Assembly: GCA_964252075.1 (NCBI GenBank) | Contig: CAXULY010000008.1 | Location: 32,001 to 96,000, forward strand | Direction: 5' to 3' | Origin: an uncultured Deinococcaceae bacterium | Lineage (GTDB): Bacteria; Deinococcota; Deinococci; Deinococcales; Deinococcaceae | Length of the DNA: 64,000 nt | Part shown: positions 21,233 to 31,795 of the stretch, piece by piece | Position numbering within the stretch: position 1 is the first letter of the stretch | Layout of the letters: each line of letters opens with the position of its first letter | Made by a program: the position numbers and the translations under genes | Notes under the pieces: generated by a model | The model's database searches: none | What the model saw: only the letters and a program-made list of their open reading frames with translations | Told to the model about the DNA's origin: nothing

Positions 21233-22813
21233 ATGAACTACCCCAGCCTACGCCAGCCGGTGTACGCGCGCGGCGGCATGGTCGCCACTGGACAGCCGCT
21301 GGCCGCCCAGGCCGGACTGCACGTGCTCCGCGAGGGCGGCAACGCCATCGACGCGGCCCTCGCGACCGCCGCGGCCCTCACGGTGGTGGAGCCCACCAGC
21401 AACGGCATCGGCGGCGACCTCTTCGCCCTGGTGTGGGACGGCGAGCGCCTGCACGGCCTGAACGCCTCGGGCGCCGCGCCGCAGGCGCTCACGCAGGCGG
21501 CGCTGAACGGCCAGCCCATGCCGAGTCTCGGCTGGCTGCCCGTCACGGTGCCGGGCGCCGTGCGCGGTTGGGCGGACCTGCACGCGCGCTTCGGGCGCAG
21601 TCCCTTCGAGGCGGTGCTCGCCCCGGCCATCCAGTACGCGCGGCACGGGTACCCGCTCAGCCCGGTGCTCGCGCAGGGCTGGGCGCGCGCTGCGGGCGTG
21701 TACGGTGCGAGCGCCCAGCCGGAACTCGCGGAGTGGTCGCGGGTCTTCACGCCGCAGGGCTTCACGCCTCGCCCCGGCGCCCTGTGGTCCAGCGAGGGCC
21801 ACGCGCGCACGTTGGAGCGCATCGCGCAGAGCCGGAGCGCGGACTTCTATGAGGGTGAACTCGCGCAGGTCATCTCCCGGCACGCTGAGGCGACGGGCGG
21901 CCTGCTGCGCGACACGGACCTCGCGGCGCACGCGTCGGAATGGGTGGAGCCCATCCGCATGCGGTACCGCGACGCGGAGGTCTTCGAGATCCCGCCGAAC
22001 GGGCAGGGCATCGCGGCGCTCATCGCGCTCGGCATTCTGGACGGCCTGCTGCTCCCCACCGTGCGGGACAGCGTGGACGGCCTGCACCTGCAGATCGAGG
22101 CGATGAAACTCGCCTTCGCGGACGCGCACGCGCATGTCGCGGACATGCGGCACGTACCCGTGCCCGTCGAGCGCCTGCTGTCCAACGCGCACCTCGCGCA
22201 GCAGCGGGCGCGCATCACGGAGCACGCCCTGGACCCCCAGACGCCCGCGCCCGCGCAGGGAGGCACCGTGTACCTGTGCACCGCGGACGGCGAGGGGAAC
22301 ATGGTGAGCCTCATCCAGAGCAACTACCAGGGCTTCGGGAGTGGCGTGGTCGTGCCGGGCACCGGCATCGCGCTGCACAACCGCGGCCTGGGCTTCAAGG
22401 CGGACCCTGCGCACCCCGGCGCGCTCCAGCCCGGCCACCGCCCGTACCACACCATCATCCCCGGCTTCATGTTCAGGGGCGGCGTGCCCATGGGGCCCTT
22501 CGGCGTGATGGGCGGCTTCATGCAGCCGCAGGGGCACCTGCAGGTCGCGGTGAACACCCTGGATTACGGCATGAATCCGCAGCAGGCGCTCGACGCGCCG
22601 CGCTGGCAGTGGATGGAAGGCAAGACCGTGGAGGTCGAGCACAGCCTCGGCGCGGAACTCTCCCGCGACCTCGCCGCGCGCGGCCATGACATCCGCGTGC
22701 AGCTGAACGCCAGCGCGTTCGGGCGCGGGCAGATCATCTGGCGCGACCCCGAGACGGGCGTGCTGGTGGGCGGCAGCGAATCCCGCACGGACGGGCAGGT
22801 GGCGGCCTTTTGA
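21233..22813 (+). CDS. ggt: Gamma-glutamyltransferase family protein
   Basis: GGNAIDAA, GIGGDLF, nucleophile Thr in GTVYL, SLIQSN and GVMGGFMQPQG. Leaderless (TAGAGT plus 6 nt). Confidence 0.93.
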   Translation: MNYPSLRQPVYARGGMVATGQPLAAQAGLHVLREGGNAIDAALATAAALTVVEPTSNGIGGDLFALVWDGERLHGLNASGAAPQALTQAALNGQPMPSLGWLPVTVPGAVRGWADLHARFGRSPFEAVLAPAIQYARHGYPLSPVLAQGWARAAGVYGASAQPELAEWSRVFTPQGFTPRPGALWSSEGHARTLERIAQSRSADFYEGELAQVISRHAEATGGLLRDTDLAAHASEWVEPIRMRYRDAEVFEIPPNGQGIAALIALGILDGLLLPTVRDSVDGLHLQIEAMKLAFADAHAHVADMRHVPVPVERLLSNAHLAQQRARITEHALDPQTPAPAQGGTVYLCTADGEGNMVSLIQSNYQGFGSGVVVPGTGIALHNRGLGFKADPAHPGALQPGHRPYHTIIPGFMFRGGVPMGPFGVMGGFMQPQGHLQVAVNTLDYGMNPQQALDAPRWQWMEGKTVEVEHSLGAELSRDLAARGHDIRVQLNASAFGRGQIIWRDPETGVLVGGSESRTDGQVAAF

Positions 22814-23604
22814 CGGCCTTCGTGCGCGCCAGCGGGCCGGGAGACGCCGCGCTGAACCCCCTGCAGGTCGCCGTGCAGAACGACCGCGTGCTGCTGCGCG
22901 ACGACCTCACCTTGCCCGAGGGCCTGCCGGATGGGGTGCTCACGGACGCCGTCATCATCGGTGAGCTGGACGGGCGCCCGGTCGTGGCGGGCCTCCTGAC
23001 TGGCGACGCGCCAGCGGGGCACGCGACGGTCGGCCTGCGCGCGCTTCATGCGCGCGTCCCCGCGGACCTGTGGGCGGTCCTCGCGTACGGCGTGCAGATG
23101 GCGGCCTTCCACGACACGCACCGCCACTGCGGGCGCGACGGCACCCCCACCGTGTCCATCGAGGGGGAGCAGGCGCGGCGCTGCCCGCACTGCGGCCTGA
23201 GCGTGTACCCGCGCGTGGCGCCCGCCGTGATTGTGCTGATCCGGCGTGGGGACGAGGTGCTGCTCGCGCGCTCCCCGCGCTTCCCGCCCGGCATGTACAG
23301 CATCGTCGCGGGCTTCGTGGAGAGCGGCGAGACGCTGGAGGACACCGTGCACCGCGAGATCCTGGAGGAGGTCGGCGTGCGCGTCACGAACCTGCGGTAC
23401 TTCGACAGCCAGCCGTGGCCGTACCCGCACTCCCTGATGGTGGGCTTCCTCGCGGACTACGCGGGCGGCGACATCGTGCCGCAGCCCGGCGAGATCGAGG
23501 ACGCGCGGTGGTTCAAGCTGAGCGCCCTGCCGCGCGTGCCGGACCGCGCGAGCATCGCGCGGCGGCTCATCGAGTCCGCCGCGGGCCGCATCGAGGACGT
23601 GTGA
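22810..23604 (+). CDS. nudC: NAD(+)/NADH diphosphatase NudC
   Basis: Zn-ribbon, YPR, Nudix box AGFVESGETLEDTVHREILEEVG and the SQPWPYPHS signature. Confidence 0.92.
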   Translation: MTAFVRASGPGDAALNPLQVAVQNDRVLLRDDLTLPEGLPDGVLTDAVIIGELDGRPVVAGLLTGDAPAGHATVGLRALHARVPADLWAVLAYGVQMAAFHDTHRHCGRDGTPTVSIEGEQARRCPHCGLSVYPRVAPAVIVLIRRGDEVLLARSPRFPPGMYSIVAGFVESGETLEDTVHREILEEVGVRVTNLRYFDSQPWPYPHSLMVGFLADYAGGDIVPQPGEIEDARWFKLSALPRVPDRASIARRLIESAAGRIEDV

Positions 23605-24797
23605 GCGCGCCTCAGCTGGAACTCCTGACCGCGGACGTGCTGTACAGCGGCATGGGGCTCCCGCAGGGCCCCGGCGCGGTGGTGCTGAGCGGGGCGACGG
23701 TGGCCGCCACCGGGCACCCGGACGAACTGCGCGCGGCGTACCCGCAGGCGGTGGAGCGCCGCGCGGGCCGCGTGATCGCGCCGCCCCCCGTGAACGCGCA
23801 CGCGCACCTCGACATGAGCAAGTACCCCTTCCGGTCCCTGCCGTACTTCCGCTGGATTCCCGAGCACGTGATTACGAACCGCCACCTGCGCGGCCTGGAG
23901 GGCGCGCGCGCGGGCCTCGCGGCGGTCCGCGCGAGCGGCGCGGCGGGCCTGGGGGACATCGTGTGGTCCCCGGACGTCATGGAGTTCCTGCTGCGCGAGT
24001 CGGACGTGCCGGGCGTCCTGTACTGGGAGGTGCTGGACCCCAACCCCGCCACCGCCCACGACACCTTCCGCGCGGCGGTGGCGCGCCTGGAGGCGTGGCG
24101 GCGGCTGGAGCGGCCGGGCGGCCCGCGCGTGGGCCTCAGCCCGCACGCCACGTACACCGTGTCGCACGCGCTGTTCCGCCTCCTCGCGGACCACGCGCGC
24201 CGCGAGGCGCTGCCCATGCAGATTCACGTGGCGGAACACCCCAGCGAACTGGAGTTGTTCCGGACTGGTACGGGGGAACTCGCGGCGTCCATCGCGCGCT
24301 ACAACTGGCCGTTCGGGCTGCAGGACGTGTTCGGGCGCGCACCCGACCTCGCCCTCACGCCCGTGCGGTACCTCGCGGACCTCGGCGTGCTGGACGCCCG
24401 GCCCACCCTGGTGCACATGGTCGCGGTCACGCCTGACGACGCGCGCAGCGTGGGTCAGGCGGGCTGCTTGGTCGTGAGCTGCCCGCGCAGCAACGCGAAC
24501 CTGCACTGCGGTACCATGCCGTGGACTGAGCTGGCGGCGGCGGGCGTGGAGATCGCGCTCGGCACGGACTCCGTCGCGAGCGGCGAGACCCTCGACATTC
24601 ACGACGAGGTGCGCGCCGCGCTGGCCCTTCAGCCGGACCTCGACGCGCGCGCGGTGGTGCGCGCCGCCGTGAAGGGCGGGCGCCGCGTGCTGGGCCTCCC
24701 GATGCCCTTCATCCGGCGCGGCGAGGCGTGGGACGCCGCTTACGTGTGGCCGGACGCGGTGGGGGAGACGGGCAGCTCGAAGCGCGCGGAGGTGTAG
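23601..24797 (+). CDS. Amidohydrolase, probable 6-aminodeoxyfutalosine deaminase (D. radiodurans DR0824-like)
   Basis: PPPVNAHAHLD, SPH, HVAEH, LVH and GTDSVASG. From memory it closely resembles DR0824. Confidence 0.75.
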   Translation: MSAPQLELLTADVLYSGMGLPQGPGAVVLSGATVAATGHPDELRAAYPQAVERRAGRVIAPPPVNAHAHLDMSKYPFRSLPYFRWIPEHVITNRHLRGLEGARAGLAAVRASGAAGLGDIVWSPDVMEFLLRESDVPGVLYWEVLDPNPATAHDTFRAAVARLEAWRRLERPGGPRVGLSPHATYTVSHALFRLLADHARREALPMQIHVAEHPSELELFRTGTGELAASIARYNWPFGLQDVFGRAPDLALTPVRYLADLGVLDARPTLVHMVAVTPDDARSVGQAGCLVVSCPRSNANLHCGTMPWTELAAAGVEIALGTDSVASGETLDIHDEVRAALALQPDLDARAVVRAAVKGGRRVLGLPMPFIRRGEAWDAAYVWPDAVGETGSSKRAEV

Positions 24798-25246
24798 GGC
24801 CGCAGGGTCCGCACGCCGCGGGGCTGGAAGCCGTAACCCATGTACAGCGAGAGCAGCTTCTCGCGGTCCGCGCCCGTGTCGAGCCGCAGGAACGGACGCC
24901 CGCGCTGCCGCGTGACCTGAACGGCGTGATCCAGCGCGCCGCGTGAGAACCCGCGGCCCTGCCACTCGGGGTGCACGGCGAGGCGGTGCAGGGACAGCGC
25001 CTCGCCCGCCTGCGCGTCCGGCCACACGTCCGGGTCCTCGTCTATCAGGCAGAAGGTCACGACCGGGACGCCCTCCTGCACGCCCAGGAACCACCCGGAT
25101 TCCGGCGCGAGCTGTCGCAGCAGCGCTTCACGCATAATCTCTGGCGGCCACATTCCCAGCCCACGCGCCCGCAAGTCCAGCGCCGCGCGCGTGAGCAGGT
25201 CCGAGCAGAGGCCCAGACGACCTACGGCGGGCGCGAACTCAATCAT
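24740..25246 (-). CDS. GNAT acetyltransferase
   Basis: LHRLAVHPEWQGRG, LRLDT and LYMGYGF. Confidence 0.88.
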   Translation of the reverse strand: MIEFAPAVGRLGLCSDLLTRAALDLRARGLGMWPPEIMREALLRQLAPESGWFLGVQEGVPVVTFCLIDEDPDVWPDAQAGEALSLHRLAVHPEWQGRGFSRGALDHAVQVTRQRGRPFLRLDTGADREKLLSLYMGYGFQPRGVRTLRPYTSARFELPVSPTASGHT

Positions 25247-26618
25247 CGAGCGGTTCGGTGCCGCGCACGGCGGCGAGCGTCTCCTCGGGCTGCACGGGGG
25301 GGAGGTCCGGCAGGAAGCGCGCCTCGATCGCGCGCGCGTGCGCCTCCAGGCCCTCCGCGCGCGCGAGGCGCGCCGCGTGCGGCCCCACCTCCGCGAGCGT
25401 GCGCTCGTTCACGCCCACCACGCTGATGATGGTCTGGAAGTCCCGCACGTTCACGGGGCTGGAGAAGCGCGCGGTGCCGCCCGTCGGCATCACGTGGCTG
25501 GGGCCCGCCGCGTAATCCCCGAGGGCCTCCATGCTCGCCTCGCCCACGAACACGCCGCCCGCGCGGCGCACGCGGTCCAGCAGGCTCCACGGGTCGCGCG
25601 TGAGGAGGCACAGGTGCTCCGGCGCGTAGTGGTTCGCGAGGTCCAGCGCCTCGTCCAGGCTGCCCGCCAGCACCGCGATGGCGCGCGCGTCCATACTCTC
25701 GCGCGCCCAGCTGCGGTTCGGTTCGGGCAGCGCCTCCAGCTGGCGGCCCAGCTCCAGCTCCACCTCGATCAGCAGTTCGGGGCTGGTGCTCACCAGCACG
25801 GGCTCCGCGCCGAGGTGCTCGGCCTGCGCGAGCAGGTCGGCGGCCACGAAGCGCGCGCTGGCGGTCTCGTCAGCGAGCACCAGCGTCTCGGTGGGGCCGG
25901 GGAGGCTCTCGATGCCGACCGCGCCGAACACCGCGCGCTTGGCGAGCACCACGTAGCGGTTGCCGGGCCCCGCGATCTTGTCCACGGCGGGCACGCTCGG
26001 GGTGCCGTACGCCATCGCGGCGATGGCCTGCGCGCCGCCCAGCGCGAAGAGGCGCGTGACGCCCACCTCGCGCGCCGCGACCAGCGTCGCGGCGGGCACG
26101 CGGCCCTCGCGGTCCGGCGGCGTACACACGATGATGTCTTCGACGCCCGCCACGCGCGCCGGGACCGCCGTGTGAATGAGGCTGCTCACCAGGGGCGCGA
26201 GGCCGCCCGGCACGTACACGCCCACCCGCCCGAGCGGCCGCACGAGCTGCCCCAGCGTGCCGCCCGCGTCCTCGTGCAGGAAGCCGCGCGCGGGCTGCCG
26301 CTCGTGGAAGGCCCGCACGCGCGCGACCGCCACGCGGATCGCCTCGTGCAGTTCGGGTGGCACGGTGGCCGCCGCAATCTCCTCGCCGCTCACCTCCAGG
26401 CGCTCGGGGCGGCGCCCGTCCAGGCGCGCCGTCCAGTCCAGGAGGGCGTCGTCGCCGCGCGCGCGCACGTCCGCGAGGATGCGCTCGACCGCCTGCTGCG
26501 GCGTGAGGCGCTCGCCGAACAGCGCCTCGTTGGCGCTCAGCACGGATTCGGGGACGGCTTGGTCGGTGAAGCTGCGCGTGAGGGCGGCTCTGGCCGCCTC
26601 GCCTTGCAGGATGTTCAT
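25239..26618 (-). CDS. hisD: Histidinol dehydrogenase
   Basis: VGVYVPGG, GGAQAIAAMAYG, GPGN, DLLAQAEH, APEHL, GDYAAGPSHVMPT and EGLEAH. Confidence 0.97.
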   Translation of the reverse strand: MNILQGEAARAALTRSFTDQAVPESVLSANEALFGERLTPQQAVERILADVRARGDDALLDWTARLDGRRPERLEVSGEEIAAATVPPELHEAIRVAVARVRAFHERQPARGFLHEDAGGTLGQLVRPLGRVGVYVPGGLAPLVSSLIHTAVPARVAGVEDIIVCTPPDREGRVPAATLVAAREVGVTRLFALGGAQAIAAMAYGTPSVPAVDKIAGPGNRYVVLAKRAVFGAVGIESLPGPTETLVLADETASARFVAADLLAQAEHLGAEPVLVSTSPELLIEVELELGRQLEALPEPNRSWARESMDARAIAVLAGSLDEALDLANHYAPEHLCLLTRDPWSLLDRVRRAGGVFVGEASMEALGDYAAGPSHVMPTGGTARFSSPVNVRDFQTIISVVGVNERTLAEVGPHAARLARAEGLEAHARAIEARFLPDLPPVQPEETLAAVRGTEPLDD

Positions 26619-26632
26619 GGGTGACTCTCCGT

Positions 26633-27262
26633 TCAGCGCCGCCGGCGCCGTGGGGCGGGGTCGGGCGCGCGCTCTCGCTCGCGGCGCGGCGCGCGCCCCC
26701 GCAGGCTGGCCTCGATGGGCCCGAAATCCGTGGGTTGAATCATGTGCAGCAGGCGGTTCGGCGCGTCGGCCTCCACCGTGACGGTCGCGCCGCCGGGCCG
26801 CAGCAGGAAGGTGCGGGCGCGCACGCCGTCCACCTCGCTGTTCGCGAGGCGCTGCACGTGCACGCGCCCGCCGAGCAGCCGCGCCTCGGCGCGGTCGTCG
26901 GTGAGGCCGCGCAGCCACATCACGATGGACACCGGGTCGTGGTGGTCCTCCAGGAGCGGCATGCTGGCTTCATCTCTGCCGAGGCGCAGGGTGGCGAGGC
27001 CGCTCTTGCGGTCGAAGGTCGCGTCGTACACCTTGCCGCGCGCGCCGTCCGTCTCCTGGTACGCGAGGCTCGTGAGGCTGCGCGGGTGCAGGCGCGAGGT
27101 CTGCACGCGGCGCACGGCGGGCAGCACCCCGCCGAAGTCCGTCTGCACGCGCACCAGCCACGCGTGCTTCTCGGGCGTCACGCTCCAGCTCTGCTCGCCC
27201 GCGGGCCGCCCGTGCAGGCTGAGCGCCATCGTGAAGCCCTCCGGGCGCAGTTCGGGCGTCAC
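26633..27262 (-). CDS. Hypothetical beta-rich protein
   Basis: GTGA-coupled to deoB, with host-like codon usage. Confidence 0.7.
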   Translation of the reverse strand: MTPELRPEGFTMALSLHGRPAGEQSWSVTPEKHAWLVRVQTDFGGVLPAVRRVQTSRLHPRSLTSLAYQETDGARGKVYDATFDRKSGLATLRLGRDEASMPLLEDHHDPVSIVMWLRGLTDDRAEARLLGGRVHVQRLANSEVDGVRARTFLLRPGGATVTVEADAPNRLLHMIQPTDFGPIEASLRGRAPRRERERAPDPAPRRRRR

Positions 27263-28410
27263 TTCAGCTGCTGCCAGAAGCTCTCACCCGGCCCGTCCCA
27301 GGTGGCGCCGAGCGCCTCGGCGGCGGTCGCGCCGAGGTCCGCGAAGGTCGCGCGCGTGCCGAGGTTCACCGTGTCGATGCCGGGGCGGTACGCGAGCAGC
27401 AGGCCGTACTCGCGGGTGTGGTCGCTGCCCGTCCAGGTGGGGTCGTTGCCGTGGTCGGACACGATCACGAGCGCGCCGTCCTCGGGGAGCGCCGCGAGCA
27501 ACTCCGGGAGGCGCGCGTCGAAGGCCGTGAGGGCGTTCCCGTACCCGACGGGGTCGCGGCGGTGCCCGAACTTCGCGTCGAAATCCACGAGGTTCGTGAA
27601 GAGCAGGCCGTCGAAGGGCTCGCGCAGGCGCCTGAGGGTCTTCTCGGTGCCGTCCGCGTTGTCGTCCGTGTGGATCTCCTCCGTGAAGCCGCGGTGGTCG
27701 TAGATGTCCGGGATCTTCCCGATCCCGATCACGTCCCGGCCCGCCGCGTGCAGGGCGTCCAGCACGGTGGGGGGCGGCGTGAGCGAGAAGTCCTTGCGCT
27801 GCTCGTTCGCGCGCTCGAAGGGGAACGCGCCGCGGAAGGGCCGCGCAATCACGCGTGCGACGGCGTAGGGGCCCTGCAGGATCTCGCGCGCCTCGCGGCA
27901 CCACGCGTACAGCGTCTCGGCGGGCACCACGTCGAGGTGCGCGGCGATCTGGAACACGCTGTCCGCGCTGGTGTACACGATGGGGTCGCCGCTCTGCAGG
28001 TGCGCCTCGCCGTAATCGCGGATGACGTCCGTGCCGCTGTACGGCTTGTTGCACAGCCAGCCGCGCCCGATGCGGCGCGAGAACTCGTCCATCACCTCGG
28101 GTGGGAAGCCGTCGTGGAAGGTCTGGAAGGGGTGTTCCAGCTGCACGCCCATGAACTCCCAGTGGCCGGTGGAGGTGTCCTTGCCGGGGCTGACCTCCAG
28201 CATGCGGCCGTAGGCGCCGCGCACCTCGGATTCGCACGGGAGGTCCACGCCGGGCAGCTGGCACAGGCCGAGCGCGGAGAGGTTCGGGAGGGTGATGGCG
28301 GTGCGGTCCACGGTGTGGTTGAGGGTGTGCGCGCCGACGTCCCCGAACTGGGCGGCGTCCGGCAGCGCGCCCACCCCGACGGAATCCAGCACGATGATGG
28401 CGAACTTCAT
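27259..28410 (-). CDS. deoB: Phosphopentomutase
   Basis: [39 protein letters not shown] and DHGNDP...DHTRE. Leaderless (TAGAAT plus 6 nt). Confidence 0.97.
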   Translation of the reverse strand: MKFAIIVLDSVGVGALPDAAQFGDVGAHTLNHTVDRTAITLPNLSALGLCQLPGVDLPCESEVRGAYGRMLEVSPGKDTSTGHWEFMGVQLEHPFQTFHDGFPPEVMDEFSRRIGRGWLCNKPYSGTDVIRDYGEAHLQSGDPIVYTSADSVFQIAAHLDVVPAETLYAWCREAREILQGPYAVARVIARPFRGAFPFERANEQRKDFSLTPPPTVLDALHAAGRDVIGIGKIPDIYDHRGFTEEIHTDDNADGTEKTLRRLREPFDGLLFTNLVDFDAKFGHRRDPVGYGNALTAFDARLPELLAALPEDGALVIVSDHGNDPTWTGSDHTREYGLLLAYRPGIDTVNLGTRATFADLGATAAEALGATWDGPGESFWQQLK

Positions 28411-28555
28411 GCCCGGATTCTACGGTACGGTCGGCGCCGCACCTGTCCAGCACATTCGCAACATGAGAAGTCAATAGCGAGTACCTTCATAAAATGAAGA
28501 TGCTTGAGGCGCAGGTCCAGCGGTGCGGTTCGGCTCTGTTCTCCGGGAGGGCGGC

Positions 28556-28762
28556 GTGAAGTCCGTTGGCGGCATGCAGTCGCCCGTGCCGGGCGTCTCC
28601 TCGGTCGCGCTCATGAACTTCGCGGTGCGGCACGACGTGAGCTTCCCGGCGCTGGTCGCTTTTGTGCGCTTCCACCGGCGCCTCCCGCACAACCTGACGG
28701 AGTTCGAGGCGCACCGCCAGGAGGCCCTGGCGGGCGTCGCGCCGTTCGCCGCCATCGCCTGA
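28556..28762 (+). CDS. Small hypothetical protein (68 aa)
   Basis: GGAGG 5 nt before GTG, GC-rich codons, followed by a terminator. Confidence 0.55.
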   Translation: MKSVGGMQSPVPGVSSVALMNFAVRHDVSFPALVAFVRFHRRLPHNLTEFEAHRQEALAGVAPFAAIA

Positions 28763-28770
28763 CAAAAAGG

Positions 28771-28803
28771 CGGGGGCCGCCCAGTCCTGGGCGGCCCCCG
28801 TTT
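28771..28803 (+). terminator. Rho-independent terminator
   Basis: CGGGGGCCGCCCAG-TC-CTGGGCGGCCCCCG-TTT, preceded by an A-run. Confidence 0.8.
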
Positions 28804-28872
28804 CCCGGACGGCGCCGTGCGTATCAGGCCCGCCCCACGCCGCCTCATGGGGCCATGCTACCCTGGTGCTTG

Positions 28873-29646
28873 ATGACCGCCTCACCCACGAGTGCTGTGC
28901 AGGACAGCCCCCACGCCCGAGCGACCGCCCTGCAGGCCGAGGGCCTCGTCAAGACCTACGGGCGGCGCACGGTGGTGCGCGGCGTGAACCTGCGGGTGGC
29001 GCGCGGCGAGATCGTGGCGCTCTTCGGCCCGAACGGCGCGGGCAAGACCACCACCTTCTACATGATGGTGGGCTTCGTGCGGCCCGCGGCCGGGCGCATC
29101 GAGCTGAACGGCGAGGACGTCACGCGCCTCCCCATGCACCGCCGCGCCCGCAAGGGCCTCGGGTACCTCCCGCAGGAACCCAGCGCCTTTCGCAAGATGA
29201 CCGCCCGCGACAACCTCCTCGCGATCCTGGAGTACCAGCCGCTCAGCCGCGCGGACCGCGAGGCGCGCGCCGATGAACTGCTTGAGGAGTTCGGGCTCAC
29301 GCGCCTCGCGCATAGCTTCGCGTACCAGATGTCCGGCGGCGAGCGCCGCCGCCTGGAGATCGCGCGCGCGCTGACCACCGACCCGGACTTCATCCTGCTG
29401 GACGAGCCCTTCACGGGCGTGGACCCCAAGAGCGTGCGCGAGATTCAGCGCCTCATCCGTGACCTGCGCGAACGCCGGGGCCTCGGAGTGTTCATCACGG
29501 ACCACGCGGTGCGCGAGACGCTCGCCCTGACCGACCGCGTGTACCTGATGCACGACGGCGTGGTGGACTTCGACGGCACGCCCGACGACTTCACCCGCGA
29601 CCACCGCGCCATCAGCAATTACCTCGGCGAAGACTTCGAGCTGTAA
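28873..29646 (+). CDS. lptB: LptB-type ABC ATPase
   Basis: [55 protein letters not shown] and YLGEDF. Confidence 0.93.
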   Translation: MTASPTSAVQDSPHARATALQAEGLVKTYGRRTVVRGVNLRVARGEIVALFGPNGAGKTTTFYMMVGFVRPAAGRIELNGEDVTRLPMHRRARKGLGYLPQEPSAFRKMTARDNLLAILEYQPLSRADREARADELLEEFGLTRLAHSFAYQMSGGERRRLEIARALTTDPDFILLDEPFTGVDPKSVREIQRLIRDLRERRGLGVFITDHAVRETLALTDRVYLMHDGVVDFDGTPDDFTRDHRAISNYLGEDFEL

Positions 29647-29656
29647 GGAGTAAGCC

Positions 29657-31246
29657 GTGCTGCTCGCCTTCCTGGGCTTCGTGGTGCTGCTGTCCGGCTT
29701 CGTCGCGTACGCGGCGGACACCATCGCGCGCCGCGTGGGCCGACGGCACCTGCGGCTCTTCGGGCTGCGCCCCAAGACCACCGCGCTGATCGTGGCCGTC
29801 GCGAGCGGCATGGGCATCTCGCTCGCGAGCGTGCTGGCCTTCGCGGTCCTGAACCGCCAGGCGATCTTCAACATCGCCCAGGCCGACCAGGTGCGCCAGG
29901 AACTGCGCGACCTGCGCACCAGCGTCCAGGCGACCGAGGCGGAACTCGGGCAGGTGAGCCGCCAGCGGGACGCCGCGGTTGCGCAGGCCAGGACCCTGCA
30001 GGCGCAGCGGCAGCAGGCCATCCGGGACCGCGACGAGGCGAACGCCGAGGTGCAGATCAGCGCGGCGTTGCTGCAGCAGTCGCGCGACAGCCGCTCGGAG
30101 CTGTACTCGCAGGCGCAGGCCCTCAGTGACCGCGTGCAGGAACTCGCGGACCGCCGCGACCAGCTCACCGCGCTCGCCGAGGCGAGCCAGCGGAACCTGA
30201 GTCGCACGCAGGCGCAGACGCGCTCGCTGTCCGCGCAGGTGCAGGCGGCGCGCCAGCAGGTGCAGACCTACCAGGCGCAGGTGGCGCGCTCGCAGGCGCA
30301 GGTGCGGGCGCTCACCGCGTCGCGCGCCGCCCTGGAGTCCCGCGTGCGGGAAGCGGAGGCGCAGGCGGAACAGGCGACCGCGCGCGCCAGCGCCGCCGCC
30401 CAGCGCGCCCGCAGCGCGCAGGCGCAGATCGCGCGCGTGCAGGGGCGCCTCACGGCCCTCGCGGGCAGCGTGGACACCCTGCAGGCCACGCGCGCGCAAC
30501 TGCAGGCGGAACGCGACCGCCTGAACCGCGACCTGCTGAGCCTCAAGGCGGTCCGGGACAGCCTGCAGCGCGACAACACCACCCTGCAGCAGGGCCTGGA
30601 GACCGCCGTGGCGGAACGCGACCGCCTGCAGGCGGACGTGCGGACCGTCACGAGTGAACTGAGCGCCACGCGCTCCGGGGGCCTCATCTACCGCCGCGGC
30701 GACCCCGTCTCCACCAGCGTGGTCGCGACCGTCGCGAACCTCCCGGAGGCGCTGCATCAAGCGGACCTGAGCGCGCGCGCGCGCGGCGCGGTCGGCGCGC
30801 CCGCCGCCGTGCTGCCGCCCGACCTGCTGCAGCAGCTGCAGGCGAAGCTGCGCGGCCTGAACACCACCGCCCTCGTGAGTTGCCGCGCCGCCAGCAACAC
30901 CGCGCCCGGCTACCCCGTGGAGCTGAGCTGCGACGCCGTCGCGAACACCCTGCTCTACCGCCAGGGGGACGTGATCCGCAGCGCGCAGGTGGACCTCAGC
31001 GCCAGCCCCGATCAGCTGCGCGTGCAGGTGCTGGACCTGGAGAGCGCCGTGCTGCGCGACCTCAGCACCCGCGGCGTGCCGCCGGAGCGTGTGAATGACG
31101 GGGGGCTGTCCGCATCGGAACTGCTGGACCTGCTCTCGCAGCTGCGGGGTCGCCAGCCGGGCGCCCGGAGCGCCACCGTCAGCATCGCGGCGGGCGCGGA
31201 CGTGCGCCCCGGCAGCCGTGTGGACCTGTACGCGACCGTGCGGTGA
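29657..31246 (+). CDS. DUF3084-type membrane-anchored coiled-coil protein
   Basis: N-terminal TM with D...GRRHLRLFGLRPKTTA, a long Gln/Ala-rich heptad region and a globular C-terminus. Confidence 0.8.
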   Translation: MLLAFLGFVVLLSGFVAYAADTIARRVGRRHLRLFGLRPKTTALIVAVASGMGISLASVLAFAVLNRQAIFNIAQADQVRQELRDLRTSVQATEAELGQVSRQRDAAVAQARTLQAQRQQAIRDRDEANAEVQISAALLQQSRDSRSELYSQAQALSDRVQELADRRDQLTALAEASQRNLSRTQAQTRSLSAQVQAARQQVQTYQAQVARSQAQVRALTASRAALESRVREAEAQAEQATARASAAAQRARSAQAQIARVQGRLTALAGSVDTLQATRAQLQAERDRLNRDLLSLKAVRDSLQRDNTTLQQGLETAVAERDRLQADVRTVTSELSATRSGGLIYRRGDPVSTSVVATVANLPEALHQADLSARARGAVGAPAAVLPPDLLQQLQAKLRGLNTTALVSCRAASNTAPGYPVELSCDAVANTLLYRQGDVIRSAQVDLSASPDQLRVQVLDLESAVLRDLSTRGVPPERVNDGGLSASELLDLLSQLRGRQPGARSATVSIAAGADVRPGSRVDLYATVR

Positions 31247-31261
31247 AGGCCGCGCTGGCCG

Positions 31262-31783
31262 TCAGTCGGTGGTGCTGGGCGCCGCGAGTGGGTAGCGCCG
31301 GACCTCGCTGAGGGTGCCGGGGCGCTCCAGCGTGAGGGCCAGCTCCGTGACCGGCCAGTGCATGAGGGGCGGCGTGAGCTGCACCACCTCGCGCCACGTG
31401 TCGTCCTCCGCCCAGCTGAGGAGCCCCAGCGCGAGCGTCAGGTGCGGGATGTAGTCGTCGCCGTCGCGCGGCCCGACCTGCACGCCCGGCAACTTCAGGG
31501 TGCGTTCGTGTGCGTCGCGCAGGCCGTCCCCGAGTTCCGCTTCCAGGAAGATGGTGTGCGGGAAGCGCCGCCAGCCGCGCAGCTGCGCCTCGAACCCCGG
31601 GAGGCCCCGCAGCGCCTCCTCAATGTTCGCCTGCAGCTCACCTTCGGAGCCGCTCCACTCGAAGGGCGTGCGGATGTTCAGGTGCGGCGGTCCGTAGGCG
31701 GCCAGCCCCAGCAGCGCCTGCTTGCGCTGCAGCCAGTCACCGAGCGCGTCGGGTGGCCACGCCACCAGGCTGTACAGGGGCAT
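31262..31783 (-). CDS. 2H phosphoesterase (2'-5' RNA ligase-like)
   Basis: PHLNI and YIPHLTL, the two His motifs. Confidence 0.8.
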   Translation of the reverse strand: MPLYSLVAWPPDALGDWLQRKQALLGLAAYGPPHLNIRTPFEWSGSEGELQANIEEALRGLPGFEAQLRGWRRFPHTIFLEAELGDGLRDAHERTLKLPGVQVGPRDGDDYIPHLTLALGLLSWAEDDTWREVVQLTPPLMHWPVTELALTLERPGTLSEVRRYPLAAPSTTD

Positions 31784-31795
31784 GACCGGCGGACC

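Noticed and set aside
29900..30660. Repetitive GCGCAG-rich DNA suggesting a tandem repeat or CRISPR
   Set aside because: Explained by Ala/Gln coiled-coil coding. There is no fixed repeat-spacer periodicity and no cas genes.
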